Source: a virus. Taken from it: a stretch of 64,000 nt of DNA. Position numbers and translations under genes: made by a program. This document shows positions 1-10,236 of this stretch, one piece after another; the stretch's first letter is position 1, and every line of letters starts with the position of its first letter. Under the pieces are notes generated by a model. It made no database searches and was not told the DNA's origin. It saw nothing but the letters and a program-made list of their open reading frames with translations. The DNA is taken from positions 1 through 64,000 of IMG/VR virus record IMGVR_UViG_3300035034_002799. One strand, written 5' to 3'.

Positions 1-307
1 AAGGTTCTCTGTTTGACACCTTTAGTCGGCTCTCAAGGGTAACTGCGAGGGAAGAGGCAAAACAGTGCGGATATATTAAGACAGCCATGCCGTAAGTTGG
101 TGTCTGCGCAGAATGGTCACATAGAGTCATTGTTTCCTGCTCTCATCAAAGTGCAGTGAGGACGACTATGCGATTATAATAAAATAGCCACAGAATAAGA
201 GGCTACAAAGCTCTCGATTCTATACTTAATAAAAATAACTTAATAAAAATAGATTTAAAAGTAACTGAGTAACTTAAAGTTATTCTGAGCCTAGAAGTAT
301 GTCTTCA

Positions 308-315
308 TATAAATA
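308..315 (+). promoter_or_regulatory. T4-type late promoter TATAAATA
   Basis: Exact TATAAATA 22 nt before the ATG at 338, with a GGAG RBS in between; a gp55 homolog is encoded in the window. Confidence 0.75.
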
Positions 316-337
316 ATGAAGAATATGGAGTAATATT

Positions 338-1348
338 ATGCCTAGTATGAATTATTATAACGATCTTAAAAATAATCTAGAATCTGCTATAAAGCTTAGA
401 GGTTTTTCTGGTAATGAAAAAACAGACATCGCTGATGCTCTAGATTTAGTTAGTTACGTTATTGATTCTGGTGATACTACTCTTCTTGATGATCAAGATA
501 AAAGAGTTATTAGTTCAGCAAAAAAAGCAATTGATCGTAGAAATAAAGAAGCAGGTCCTAAATCCAAAAGAGTAGACGTACCAAGCTCTGCTACAGGTCC
601 TAATATTGAGAATATTTTAAACACGTATAGTATTGTTGGTCTTAGTCAAGCTCTAATGGTATCTGCTGAAAGAATGAGTTTAAATAATGTACATTCACAA
701 TCTAGAGCTAGAGTAGAAGAAATTCTTAATAATTATGATGAAAACACAATTGGTGAAGCTCTTAGTAAAAAATATAATCAAGTTACAAAAGCTCGTAATG
801 ATATTCTTAATAAAGTTAAAAATCACGGTTCTCTTGCTATGATTAAACAACAAATGCCAAAGTTAGATTCACTTGATCAAAATGTCAAAAAACTTTTAGT
901 GACATTATTCAAAGCTGCTGAAAGTAGAAAAAAAGAAATCGAAATGAAATTTTTGACTACACCATTTAGATTTTTTGATCCTACATATAAAAAGAGAATC
1001 TACAGCATTTATAAAGGTTACTCTGATTTAGTTCGTGAAAAATTATTTGATTTAGTAAGTATTGTTATTAATCAAAAAGGACAAAACCTTCAAAATTATA
1101 GAGTTAAAGCTGAAGATTTCATGACTTCTCTTAATGAATTTATTACTAAAGCTTCTGATGACCTAGATAAAATGGCTAGTTCAAATCATCCTGTTACCGA
1201 TGACTTCATTAATTCTGCTTATGAATTCGTAGTAAAAGGCAAAAGAGATGAAGAAGAACCAATTGAAGAAGAAGATGAGCCTCTTTCAGTAGACTCTTTT
1301 AGAGAAAAAATTCAATCTACTCTTCGTGGTGCTTTTAGAAGTCGATAA
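338..1348 (+). CDS. Hypothetical late protein (336 aa), possibly an internal head protein
   Basis: Long ORF with RBS and late promoter; no recognisable family. Confidence 0.7.
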   Translation: MPSMNYYNDLKNNLESAIKLRGFSGNEKTDIADALDLVSYVIDSGDTTLLDDQDKRVISSAKKAIDRRNKEAGPKSKRVDVPSSATGPNIENILNTYSIVGLSQALMVSAERMSLNNVHSQSRARVEEILNNYDENTIGEALSKKYNQVTKARNDILNKVKNHGSLAMIKQQMPKLDSLDQNVKKLLVTLFKAAESRKKEIEMKFLTTPFRFFDPTYKKRIYSIYKGYSDLVREKLFDLVSIVINQKGQNLQNYRVKAEDFMTSLNEFITKASDDLDKMASSNHPVTDDFINSAYEFVVKGKRDEEEPIEEEDEPLSVDSFREKIQSTLRGAFRSR

Positions 1349-3137
1349 TAGAATCAATGTAAGTAAACCCATTTTTATTAACAAGATTTACTAAACGATC
1401 AAAATTATCATCAGCAATTTCTTTACGGTGTGTAATGATATAAATGCATTTCTCAGGATACTTAATTTTAAACTGATTTTTCAAATAATCTAAGAATGAT
1501 TCTACACCTTCATTATCCATAGAAGTATCAAGAACTTCATCAAGTACTAAAATATTTGTATCTACTGAGTTTTGCATTTTAGATACAGCCATTAGAGCAA
1601 GTAAAACAGCTACATCAACTCTCTTACGTTCACCAGCAGAGAGACTAGGATAACTTCTATTATCTCTAGTTTTCGTATTAATCGAAGCTTCAAGGTTAGC
1701 ATCAAACACAAGAGTATAATCAGAACCCATTACTTTTAAGTATTCATTTACTTTTGTATTAAGATACGGTAGAATTTTCGATACTACAAATTTTCTCATA
1801 CCTTCTTCACCGAGTAACTTACGAATTACTTTGAAGTAGTTGAATTCCTTTTCGGCTTTTTCGTATTCTTTCTCAGTTTTCTTTACTTCTGATTCAAGGT
1901 CCTTAAGTCGATCATCAGATATAATCCCATCAGCATCGAATTTCCTATTCTCTGCTTCTTCAAGCTGCGAAGTACGACTTTCAATAAGGGACGCGATTAC
2001 ATCTAAGCGACGATTAGCTTGTTCTTGAGAAGCCATAATCTTTTTTGCTTTTGATTCATTACGTTCATTTTTATCTTTTAATTCAAATTGTTCTTTATGT
2101 TCTTTTTGTTTTTGTTTTAAAAGATTATTATTGTCTTCTACTTTCTTTCGGCATTCCGTAATATAATTGAGAGCTATTTCGTTTTTCTCATCAATTTTTG
2201 ATTTGCATAGAGGGCAATGTGGTTTACTATCGAGTCTTTCTAGAACATCGTTTGTATCTCTGATTTGTTTTTTATGATCAGAAATTTCAGAATTGAGTTC
2301 AGCTAAACGTTTAATACAATCCATTACGTTTTTATGAAAGTCATCAACCTTCTTTGTATAATCACCCCAGCGGGTATTTTTTCTAATATTTTCATCTTCA
2401 GTACGAAGTTGATTAATTTCTTCGTTAAGTTCATTGATATGATTCTTTTTCTCTTCTTTAAAATGTTTAAGTTTTTCATCAATACTTTCACGGCTTTCTT
2501 TTGCAAGATTAAAAGCACTAACAGCCGACCTGAAATCACCTTCAAAGTCCTTCATGTTATCCTTAGCGTTTAGATGGCGTGTCTTTGCCTTCTCAGCCAT
2601 CTTTCCATATACGCCTAGTGTAAGTATGTCTTCCATTACTTCGCGCTTCCTAGCCTTATCCATGTCGAGGAAAGGGGTACTCGAATTAATGTTTAAAACT
2701 AGAATATTAGAAAAGCAAGTATGACTAATACCTATTTTATCTTCTAGCCATTCTTGGGTATGAGCTTTGGAGTCAAACTGTTTTGGTGAATCGCTATCAT
2801 TAACAAATACCTCAAGCGACCCTGGTTTCATTTTACGAACTATTTTAAGAACATCAGAATCAACCTCAAGACGTAAAGTAACTTCACATCCTTTTTTATT
2901 TACATTATTAACTAATTCATCTAGTTTTACTTTTCCACCACGGAGAGGTTTACCGTATATAGCAAAAGATGCCGAATCAACTAAAAGAGTTGATTTACCA
3001 ATACCGTTTCTACGTGTACTATTGGCTATATGACCAGTTACTGCATTAATTCCAGTCTGGTATTTAAAGGTCGTCTCGTTATTTCCAAAAGAACAGAAAT
3101 TCTTTAATGTTACATCTAAAAGATTTATCTTAGGCAT
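1335..3137 (-). CDS. 46: gp46-like recombination endonuclease ATPase subunit (SbcC/Rad50 family)
   Basis: Walker A NGIGKST, coiled coil with CPLC zinc hook, signature LSAGE, Walker B LVLDEVLD, H-loop ITH. Confidence 0.95.
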   Translation of the reverse strand: MPKINLLDVTLKNFCSFGNNETTFKYQTGINAVTGHIANSTRRNGIGKSTLLVDSASFAIYGKPLRGGKVKLDELVNNVNKKGCEVTLRLEVDSDVLKIVRKMKPGSLEVFVNDSDSPKQFDSKAHTQEWLEDKIGISHTCFSNILVLNINSSTPFLDMDKARKREVMEDILTLGVYGKMAEKAKTRHLNAKDNMKDFEGDFRSAVSAFNLAKESRESIDEKLKHFKEEKKNHINELNEEINQLRTEDENIRKNTRWGDYTKKVDDFHKNVMDCIKRLAELNSEISDHKKQIRDTNDVLERLDSKPHCPLCKSKIDEKNEIALNYITECRKKVEDNNNLLKQKQKEHKEQFELKDKNERNESKAKKIMASQEQANRRLDVIASLIESRTSQLEEAENRKFDADGIISDDRLKDLESEVKKTEKEYEKAEKEFNYFKVIRKLLGEEGMRKFVVSKILPYLNTKVNEYLKVMGSDYTLVFDANLEASINTKTRDNRSYPSLSAGERKRVDVAVLLALMAVSKMQNSVDTNILVLDEVLDTSMDNEGVESFLDYLKNQFKIKYPEKCIYIITHRKEIADDNFDRLVNLVNKNGFTYIDSIIDF

Positions 3138-3138
3138 A

Positions 3139-3183
3139 AAACCCCCTTATCATGATACATATTATATCACGTTAAGGGGGTTT
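3139..3183 (-). promoter_or_regulatory. Hairpin covering the gp46 RBS, with an extended -10 (TGATATAAT) in its loop
   Basis: Perfect 11-bp inverted repeat AAACCCCCTTA / TAAGGGGGTTT; minus-strand TATAAT at 3166-3161. Confidence 0.65.
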
Positions 3184-3206
3184 AGCTAATCCAAATTTAT
3201 AATAAG

Positions 3207-4298
3207 TTAGTCTTTTATTGCGGCAGCATAAAGTTCCTTCATTAACTTATTAATTTCATTCTTTTCTATTTTTTCTTCTTCTTCAAATTCAAAAGCTTCA
3301 ACATATTCACTCATGAAGGATATCGGATCATTAATGTTTTCAAGTTCAACATCATCTACTATTCCTTCAAAATCCTCAATGTATTGATTATCAACATCAA
3401 ACTTAATAGGACCCATTGCTTCAAGTTTAGCTTGGACTTTTATAAGTGCTGATTCGTTTACTTTCTTTTCAATTACTAATCTAGCAAAGTTACCACGAAT
3501 TTGTTGAAATTTAGCTTTGCGCTTTTTCTGGATATCATCAATAGTTATTTTGACAAACTTAGGAGAATCCTCGTTCATTACTAGCGTGGTTTCTCCAGTG
3601 TCTACATCAAATATATGAATTCCCTTTTCATTTCCATAATCACCCCAATCCATTTGATAAGGACAACCTAAATAAGTTATCTTACCGTCTTTAGAGGTAT
3701 TGCGAATATGAAAATGTCCAGTAAACACCCTCTTGTAGTTTTTAAAAGCACCACTCTCAACACCATCTTCACAAGAAATACCACGTTGCATTTCAAAACC
3801 ATTAATTTCAAAATGACCTAAACATAAATCATATTTTTCTTTTGAATCTTGAACAGACTTAAATTTGATATCAGCTTCGCTTCCATCTATAAGCCAAGGA
3901 TAAGTTATTATCTTTTTGCCGTTTATATTCTCTTCAGTAACTTTATCAATTATTTCAATATTGTTTAAGTCACGAAGTGCTTCTAACATGTTGATATCAA
4001 GTCGATTATGATAATAGATATCATGATTACCAGCAAGAATCTTAATAGACACTTGAGGCATTTCAGTTGCGTACCATCTAAAAATCTTTAGAACATAATT
4101 TAAAGTTCTAATATTAATAGTATTACGATACTCTACAAGATCACCCAAAATTCTTAAATCACGTATGTTATGATCATTAAGAACCTTAGGTAATGTTTTT
4201 AGAAAAAAATCTTCCATTATTCCAAGATAAATTTCGCTATTATTGCGAACACCGAAATGGATATCACTAATAAAAGCCATTTTAGAGTTGTTACTCAT
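3207..4298 (-). CDS. 47: gp47-like recombination nuclease (SbcD/Mre11 metallophosphoesterase)
   Basis: Motifs SDIHFG, LGD, GNHD, GHFE, FTGHFH; adjacent to gp46. Confidence 0.95.
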   Translation of the reverse strand: MSNNSKMAFISDIHFGVRNNSEIYLGIMEDFFLKTLPKVLNDHNIRDLRILGDLVEYRNTINIRTLNYVLKIFRWYATEMPQVSIKILAGNHDIYYHNRLDINMLEALRDLNNIEIIDKVTEENINGKKIITYPWLIDGSEADIKFKSVQDSKEKYDLCLGHFEINGFEMQRGISCEDGVESGAFKNYKRVFTGHFHIRNTSKDGKITYLGCPYQMDWGDYGNEKGIHIFDVDTGETTLVMNEDSPKFVKITIDDIQKKRKAKFQQIRGNFARLVIEKKVNESALIKVQAKLEAMGPIKFDVDNQYIEDFEGIVDDVELENINDPISFMSEYVEAFEFEEEEKIEKNEINKLMKELYAAAIKD

Positions 4299-4333
4299 TT
4301 AATAGACTCCTTTAAGATAATGATAAATCCAAA

Positions 4334-4798
4334 TTATTCTTCATCAAGGATAATTTTATCTAGCACTGAGAAACGACTTCTCTCTGGATCAATACGATCC
4401 TGTGCTTTAATAAGTCTATCCTTTAATTCTGAATGTTTCTTTTCTTTTGCGATAACCTGAAGAAATGCGTTGTGAATAATAGTAGTACAATACGAGAATG
4501 CGTTGTTACCATTAAAATTATTATGCGAATATTTCATCAAGAACAATAAAGCTTGTCCTTTCATTTCATCAAGAAAAGTATAACCTTTAAAGTTTGCAGC
4601 AGAAGCATATCGGTCTACATGAGTTTTATAAAGCTCACCTAAACGTTCAGTACATTTACCAGTTTCACGGTATGAGCTTAATTCTTTTGAGTATTCATCT
4701 TTATCAATGTAATAACGTGATTCATCTGAAATCAATCGACGTTTTGCTCTTTTCTTTTTTGGCTTTATCTTGGAATTATCCTGTGTAGAATCATCCAT
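4334..4798 (-). CDS. 55: gp55-like late transcription sigma factor
   Basis: YIDKDEY...NFKGYTFLDEM...AFSYCTTIIHNAFLQVIAKEKKH pattern; synteny 55-47-46. Confidence 0.9.
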   Translation of the reverse strand: MDDSTQDNSKIKPKKKRAKRRLISDESRYYIDKDEYSKELSSYRETGKCTERLGELYKTHVDRYASAANFKGYTFLDEMKGQALLFLMKYSHNNFNGNNAFSYCTTIIHNAFLQVIAKEKKHSELKDRLIKAQDRIDPERSRFSVLDKIILDEE

Positions 4799-4851
4799 AA
4801 GAATCTCCTTTTAATTTGTTATAATACAGTATACTACAGAAAGAATAAAAA

Positions 4852-5946
4852 ATGTCACAAACAAACGTAAATAAAAATATCCCTAAAATGTTTAGAGGTA
4901 GACAAAAAGAACCATCACGTACAATCATCAGTTTTCCTTCCGACCGCGCAGGGTGCGGTTTTTATAGAACTATTATACCTTTTAATTACCTAGTTTCTGA
5001 AAAAGAATATGATTGTCCTTTTCTATATAATTTTAACTTTGATATGAACTTTTTAGCCAGAGCAGATTGGTTGAGATTTCAGAGAAACTCAACTGCTTCT
5101 CATAAAGCTATTATTGCTGAATATCGCAGGATGTTAGCAAAAACTACATCTAAGTGTAAAATATCATATGAGTTAGATGATTTACTTCATGAAGTAGAAC
5201 CACATAATATTCTTGCTTATCAGTATTACACCCAATCACGAAAAGACACAACCATAGAAATAATGAAGATGTCAGACATGGTAACGTTCAGTACTCAATT
5301 TCTACAGGACTACTATGAAGATAGATTTAACATAACAAACTCAACGGTTATTCCTAACTTTTTACCTCGTTACTTATGGGGTCACTGCGGAAAAAGAGAC
5401 AAATATCGTAAGTCTAAGGATGGAAAACTTCGAATTCTTTGGTCAGGATCAGCAAGTCATATAGCCAAAGGTGGCGATTTTGATTTCTTACTTCCTCTTA
5501 TTGATAAAACTATTGACGAGTTTGAATGGGTTTTCTTGGGTGTATGTCCACCTTCATTATTAGGTAAGGTTGAGTTTTATGATTGGAGTGATTTCTATGC
5601 ATTCCCAAATGCTTTGGATGCAATAGACGCTGATGTTTTTATAGCGCCAATTAAAGATAGTATTTTTAATTATGGCAAGTCTGATCTTAAGTTGCTTGAA
5701 GCTTCTGCTATTGGGTTACCATGTATATGTTCTGCAACTAAAGACGGAATTGGTCCATATGATTTAGTACCTAATGCATTAACCGTAGAAAATAAAGTTG
5801 GTTCATGGTATGACGTTTTAAAACAACTTGAGAAAGACGAGACAATGTGGCAGGCTGCTCTTGATGCTGGTCGTGCCGAACTTGCAAATCGTTGGCTTGA
5901 GGACAATACCCAATTTTATACAGAATCATACACAAGGAACGCTTAA
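4852..5946 (+). CDS. GT-B fold glycosyltransferase (GT4-like)
   Basis: GCGFYR, YELDD, WSGSASH and FNYGKSDLKLLEASAIGLP motifs typical of phage glycosyltransferases. Confidence 0.8.
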   Translation: MSQTNVNKNIPKMFRGRQKEPSRTIISFPSDRAGCGFYRTIIPFNYLVSEKEYDCPFLYNFNFDMNFLARADWLRFQRNSTASHKAIIAEYRRMLAKTTSKCKISYELDDLLHEVEPHNILAYQYYTQSRKDTTIEIMKMSDMVTFSTQFLQDYYEDRFNITNSTVIPNFLPRYLWGHCGKRDKYRKSKDGKLRILWSGSASHIAKGGDFDFLLPLIDKTIDEFEWVFLGVCPPSLLGKVEFYDWSDFYAFPNALDAIDADVFIAPIKDSIFNYGKSDLKLLEASAIGLPCICSATKDGIGPYDLVPNALTVENKVGSWYDVLKQLEKDETMWQAALDAGRAELANRWLEDNTQFYTESYTRNA

Positions 5947-6812
5947 TGAAAATTGGAATAATTGGAAATGGTTTCGTTGGTCGTGCTCATGCAGCAGCTT
6001 TCTGTGATAAATGTGAAATACTTATTAACGATCCGCAATATGAACACACAGTAAGTATTGATGATATGGCTGAACAGTGCGAACTTATATTTGTATGTGT
6101 ACCGACACCTATGAATGAAGATTTATCTTTTGATTCTTCTATATGTGATTTTGTTTTTGTTTCTCTTAAAAAAAGAACCAAATCTAAAATTACAAAACCT
6201 ATAGTCATTCTGAAAAGTACGTGTATTCCTCAAAAAGTAGATGAATATTCACGAATTTCAAACATAGATTTTGCTTTTTCACCAGAGTTTTTAACTCAGA
6301 GAAACGCAGACTCTGATTTTGTTAACCAAGATTATATGATAGTTGGTACTAATAAATTATATATTAAAAAAGAAATAGAAGATATCTTTAAAAGAAAAAG
6401 TAAATGTAAGATTACAAAATTTCATAAAATGTCTCCTGTCTCCGCTGCTCTTTTAAAATATACACGAAATTCATTTTTAGCTCTCAAAGTAAGTTTTATG
6501 AATGAAATGTACGATTTATATACATCATTAGAACAGGATGATTGGCAAAACTTTATTAATGTGTTTCATGAAGACTCTCGTTGTGGTAATAGTCATGCTG
6601 ATGTACCAGGATTTGATGGGTTTAAGGGCTGGGGTGGAAAATGTTTTCCTAAAGATATCAACGCATTGATAAATTTGGCTGATGACATGGGAGTATCTAT
6701 GGATATAATGAAGACTGCTTGGGAAGTAAACCTAAGAATTAGAGAAAACAAGGATTGGTTAGATATTCCTTGGGCTGTTACTAAAGGAGAAAACAATGCC
6801 AAAAAAAGCTAA
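5946..6812 (+). CDS. ugd: UDP-glucose/GDP-mannose 6-dehydrogenase family protein
   Basis: GNGFVG Rossmann motif, CVPTP, KST, PEFL, GWGGKCFPKD catalytic motif. Confidence 0.9.
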   Translation: MKIGIIGNGFVGRAHAAAFCDKCEILINDPQYEHTVSIDDMAEQCELIFVCVPTPMNEDLSFDSSICDFVFVSLKKRTKSKITKPIVILKSTCIPQKVDEYSRISNIDFAFSPEFLTQRNADSDFVNQDYMIVGTNKLYIKKEIEDIFKRKSKCKITKFHKMSPVSAALLKYTRNSFLALKVSFMNEMYDLYTSLEQDDWQNFINVFHEDSRCGNSHADVPGFDGFKGWGGKCFPKDINALINLADDMGVSMDIMKTAWEVNLRIRENKDWLDIPWAVTKGENNAKKS

Positions 6813-7176
6813 AGATGAAGCAGATGAAAAAATGCCAAAACCAAAGGTACTTTTTAAAATGAACTTCCAAATTTTTGATAATGGAGTTATTGACAGTACG
6901 CTTTTTGAGCGTTTTGAGAACGATGAAACAGGTCGTTGGAAACAACAGACATGTAACACACCTCTTGATTTTAAAGAGGCTGTTGAACGCGAAATTTGCG
7001 AGAAACCAGAATTTGTTGGTTGTATAGTTTTAAAGCAAATGGGAATTGATCCACAAAAATTTGCTCGATCCGTTCTTAACGTTCAACCTCCTTCTATTGA
7101 AGAACCACCTAAACAAGAGGTAGTTGATTTAGAAGAAGTTATTGATGAGGCTGAGACTGAAGTACTTTTTGAATAA
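6796..7176 (+). CDS. Hypothetical protein (126 aa) with acidic C-terminus
   Basis: ORF with AAGGAG RBS, overlapping the ugd stop. Confidence 0.7.
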   Translation: MPKKAKDEADEKMPKPKVLFKMNFQIFDNGVIDSTLFERFENDETGRWKQQTCNTPLDFKEAVEREICEKPEFVGCIVLKQMGIDPQKFARSVLNVQPPSIEEPPKQEVVDLEEVIDEAETEVLFE

Positions 7177-7230
7177 AAGTGTGTTTTAGTTGGAGTGAAT
7201 TGAATGGTATAATTATACCAAGGGGATTTA

Positions 7231-9858
7231 ATGTATAGTAACGTTTACTTTGATCATCGCAGGAGCGAAATACATTACTGGGAATATAATAACGGGGTCA
7301 AGGAGCACAAAACAGCACCTGCCCCGTTGTTTTTCTATGTTGCACAACCCGACTCAAATGAGAGTACAGGTTATAGAACAATTTACGGTGAACCAGCTAA
7401 GCGTATTCAATGTGAAAAGTGGCGAGAATTCAAAGACACGTCAGCACGTTATAAGGATATGGGAAGAGACCTTTATGAGTCTGATGTTCCTATTGAGACT
7501 AAGTTTATAATTGAAAATTATATGAATTCAAATCTCACCCCTCCTAAATTTGATATTCACTATCTTGATATTGAGGTTCATTCAGAAGAAGGGTTTCCGA
7601 AACCAGAACATGCTGATTTTCCAATCACTATTATTACGGTTTGGTCTACTAAAGATGAAAAATTCTACGTGTTTGCCGAAAAGAACTTCAATGTTGATTT
7701 TATTACACAGAAAGGTGAAGAAGTTCAAAAGTATATTTTCGATAGTGAAGAAAAGCTTTTGAGTAATTATCTTCAGTGGACTCGTCGTAAGCACCCTGAT
7801 TTCTTATCTGGTTGGAATTCTAACGGTTATGACATACCGTATATCCTAAATAGAGCCGAGAAAATTTTAGGAAAAGATGAATCCAAAAAGATTAGCCCTA
7901 TTGGTGTTGTTCGTGAAAGAGAGATTACTCTTAAGAGTGGTAGGACACAACAACGTTTTATGATTGGTGGTATTTCAACAATTGATATGCTTGAAGTTTT
8001 TCAGAATTACACATTTTCTCAACGCTCAAGTTGGAAGCTTGATTCTGTTGCTGAAGATGAGTTAGGCGAAAAGAAAATAGAATATGATGGTACTCTTGCT
8101 GATCTTTATAACAATGATTGGCAAAAATATTGTGAATATAACGTGCAGGACGTTAGGCTTTTAAGAAAACTAGAAGATAAAAAAGGATTTCTTAATATTC
8201 TTACAGCTTTCTGTTATGGCTGTCATGTCCCATTTGACTTTTATCAAAAGACTGTTAGAGTACTTGATGGTGCATTCCTTTCCGAACTCGCTAAGGAATG
8301 TATTGTATTGCCTGATGTCAACCGAGCCGATGAGGGTAGTAAATTCCCAGGTGGTTTTGTTAAAGACCCAATTCAAGGTCTTCATGAATGGACCGTTAGT
8401 TTTGATGCTACTTCTCTTTATCCTTCAATTATGATGGGATGGAATATTTCACCTGAAACTAAAATAGGAAAACTTAAGGAAGAATCAGTATCTAAAATTA
8501 GAGAAGCTTTGGGTTCTGGTATCATACCTAATGGTGTGGTATATACTGAAGAAGATGAAGAAATGGAACTTCAAGAAGTAGTTGAGCTTATTAAAGATGG
8601 TAATTATTGTATGGCGGGTAATGGTGCTCTTTATTTACAGGATAAAGTTGGGGTTGTTCCTAGATTTGTAAAAGAGTGGTTTAATAAACGTAAAATTTAT
8701 AAAAATCAAATGCTCGCAGCTAAATCTTCAGGTGATAAAGAAGCTGAACAAACATACGACAACCTTCAGTTGAACTATAAAATCCTAATTAACTCTGTTT
8801 ATGGATATCTTTCAACTAAATATTCTCGTTTTTATGACCTTGATAACGCAATGGCAGTTACTCTTACTGGGCAGTCAATTACTAAGAGAGTATCGGAAGT
8901 TGTTGATGAATATTTCTCAACTAAATGGGATTCACATCCGTTAGCCGTTAAACGCGAAGCTAAGAATTTTGAGGGTGCTTCTATTTATTGCGACACTGAC
9001 TCAATTTATGTTGATGTTGGTCAAATTCTAGATACTTTGCGTGTTAAATATCGTAATTCTATAGATGATAATGAAATGGATAAAGTTATCGGTTTTATTA
9101 ATAACACTTTAGCACCTTTCATTTCTGATTATATTCAAGATTCAATGAATCACCTTTCTATAAAATCGTATAACTGTAATGAGAATATGATTTTCTTTAA
9201 GCGTGAATCTATTGCAAGGCGCTCCTTCTTTATCGAAAAGAAAAAATATGTAATGTGGGAAGTCAACGGTGAAGGTGATGTTAAGGTAGACAAACTAAAA
9301 GCAACTGGAGTTGATCTAGTTCGTAGCTCAACCCCTCCATTGGCTAAAAAATATATGAAGCAGTATGTGTTTGAGTTGCTTAAAAATGTTGACCGTGAAT
9401 TATTTGTATCGCGTATTAGAGAGGTAAGGAATGAATTTTTAACTGCTAGTGTTGCTGATATTGCCTTTCCATCGACTGCTAACAACATTAAAGATTGGTT
9501 AGAACGCCGAGAACTAGAAGGTAGGTTTAAATCTACACCGCAGCACATTAAAGGAAGTATTCTTTATAACCAAGCTATTAGGGACCGACCTGAGCTGGCT
9601 ACAAAATATGACTTGATTTATGAAGGAGATAAGATAAAACTTGTGTTAATGAAACCAGGACGACTTTGGAGATATGATATTTTATCTTATAAAGACCAAT
9701 GGGTAGATGAATTAAAAATTGACAATTATATTGACCGCGAAAGACAGTATGAAAGAGCTTTTTTTAACCCACTTAAGAAATTCTTTCAACTTATGAATTG
9801 GGATGTTCCTAGTTTAACCACTAACGATCTTTCACAATTATTTAGTTTTGGAGACTAA
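7231..9858 (+). CDS. 43: Family B DNA polymerase (gp43-like)
   Basis: Exo I DIE, GWNSNGYD, FDATSLYPS, KILINSVYG, YCDTDS, KKKY. Confidence 0.97.
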   Translation: MYSNVYFDHRRSEIHYWEYNNGVKEHKTAPAPLFFYVAQPDSNESTGYRTIYGEPAKRIQCEKWREFKDTSARYKDMGRDLYESDVPIETKFIIENYMNSNLTPPKFDIHYLDIEVHSEEGFPKPEHADFPITIITVWSTKDEKFYVFAEKNFNVDFITQKGEEVQKYIFDSEEKLLSNYLQWTRRKHPDFLSGWNSNGYDIPYILNRAEKILGKDESKKISPIGVVREREITLKSGRTQQRFMIGGISTIDMLEVFQNYTFSQRSSWKLDSVAEDELGEKKIEYDGTLADLYNNDWQKYCEYNVQDVRLLRKLEDKKGFLNILTAFCYGCHVPFDFYQKTVRVLDGAFLSELAKECIVLPDVNRADEGSKFPGGFVKDPIQGLHEWTVSFDATSLYPSIMMGWNISPETKIGKLKEESVSKIREALGSGIIPNGVVYTEEDEEMELQEVVELIKDGNYCMAGNGALYLQDKVGVVPRFVKEWFNKRKIYKNQMLAAKSSGDKEAEQTYDNLQLNYKILINSVYGYLSTKYSRFYDLDNAMAVTLTGQSITKRVSEVVDEYFSTKWDSHPLAVKREAKNFEGASIYCDTDSIYVDVGQILDTLRVKYRNSIDDNEMDKVIGFINNTLAPFISDYIQDSMNHLSIKSYNCNENMIFFKRESIARRSFFIEKKKYVMWEVNGEGDVKVDKLKATGVDLVRSSTPPLAKKYMKQYVFELLKNVDRELFVSRIREVRNEFLTASVADIAFPSTANNIKDWLERRELEGRFKSTPQHIKGSILYNQAIRDRPELATKYDLIYEGDKIKLVLMKPGRLWRYDILSYKDQWVDELKIDNYIDRERQYERAFFNPLKKFFQLMNWDVPSLTTNDLSQLFSFGD

Positions 9859-9859
9859 A

Positions 9860-10201
9860 ATGAAACACAATCCGCCAGAAGTTAAATCTATTAATGAGGA
9901 TATATCAGTTTATTTTTATACTGAAAAAGAAAAAGGATATCATTATTTTATTTTAACTTTAGATAACGCTGTAGCTTTTTTTCGACAAATTAAAAAGGCT
10001 AGTGAAACTAATCATAAGATTATAAATGTTCCTATTTTTAATAAGATGATGGATAAAAAAGGAACTATGAAATTTCATAAGGAAGACTTAGAAAAGATTA
10101 GACCCTTACTTGCCGATGAATTAAATTATAGAACAGGTAAAAAAGAAAGACCACCTAACCTCGATACCCCAGACTGGAGAAAAGTTCTAGGCGAGAAATA
10201 A
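9860..10201 (+). CDS. Hypothetical protein
   Basis: ORF directly after the polymerase with a GGAG RBS; start moved to the ATG at 9860. Confidence 0.65.
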   Translation: MKHNPPEVKSINEDISVYFYTEKEKGYHYFILTLDNAVAFFRQIKKASETNHKIINVPIFNKMMDKKGTMKFHKEDLEKIRPLLADELNYRTGKKERPPNLDTPDWRKVLGEK

Positions 10202-10236
10202 AAAAGAAAAGGCTCACTTAGAGCCTTTTTTCTTTT
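10202..10236. terminator. Bidirectional intrinsic terminator
   Basis: AAAAGGCTC-ACTTA-GAGCCTTTT stem with A/T tails, between convergent genes. Confidence 0.8.

Noticed and set aside
7231-9858. Intein or intron in the DNA polymerase
   Set aside because: The length (875 aa) and motif spacing fit an uninterrupted gp43.
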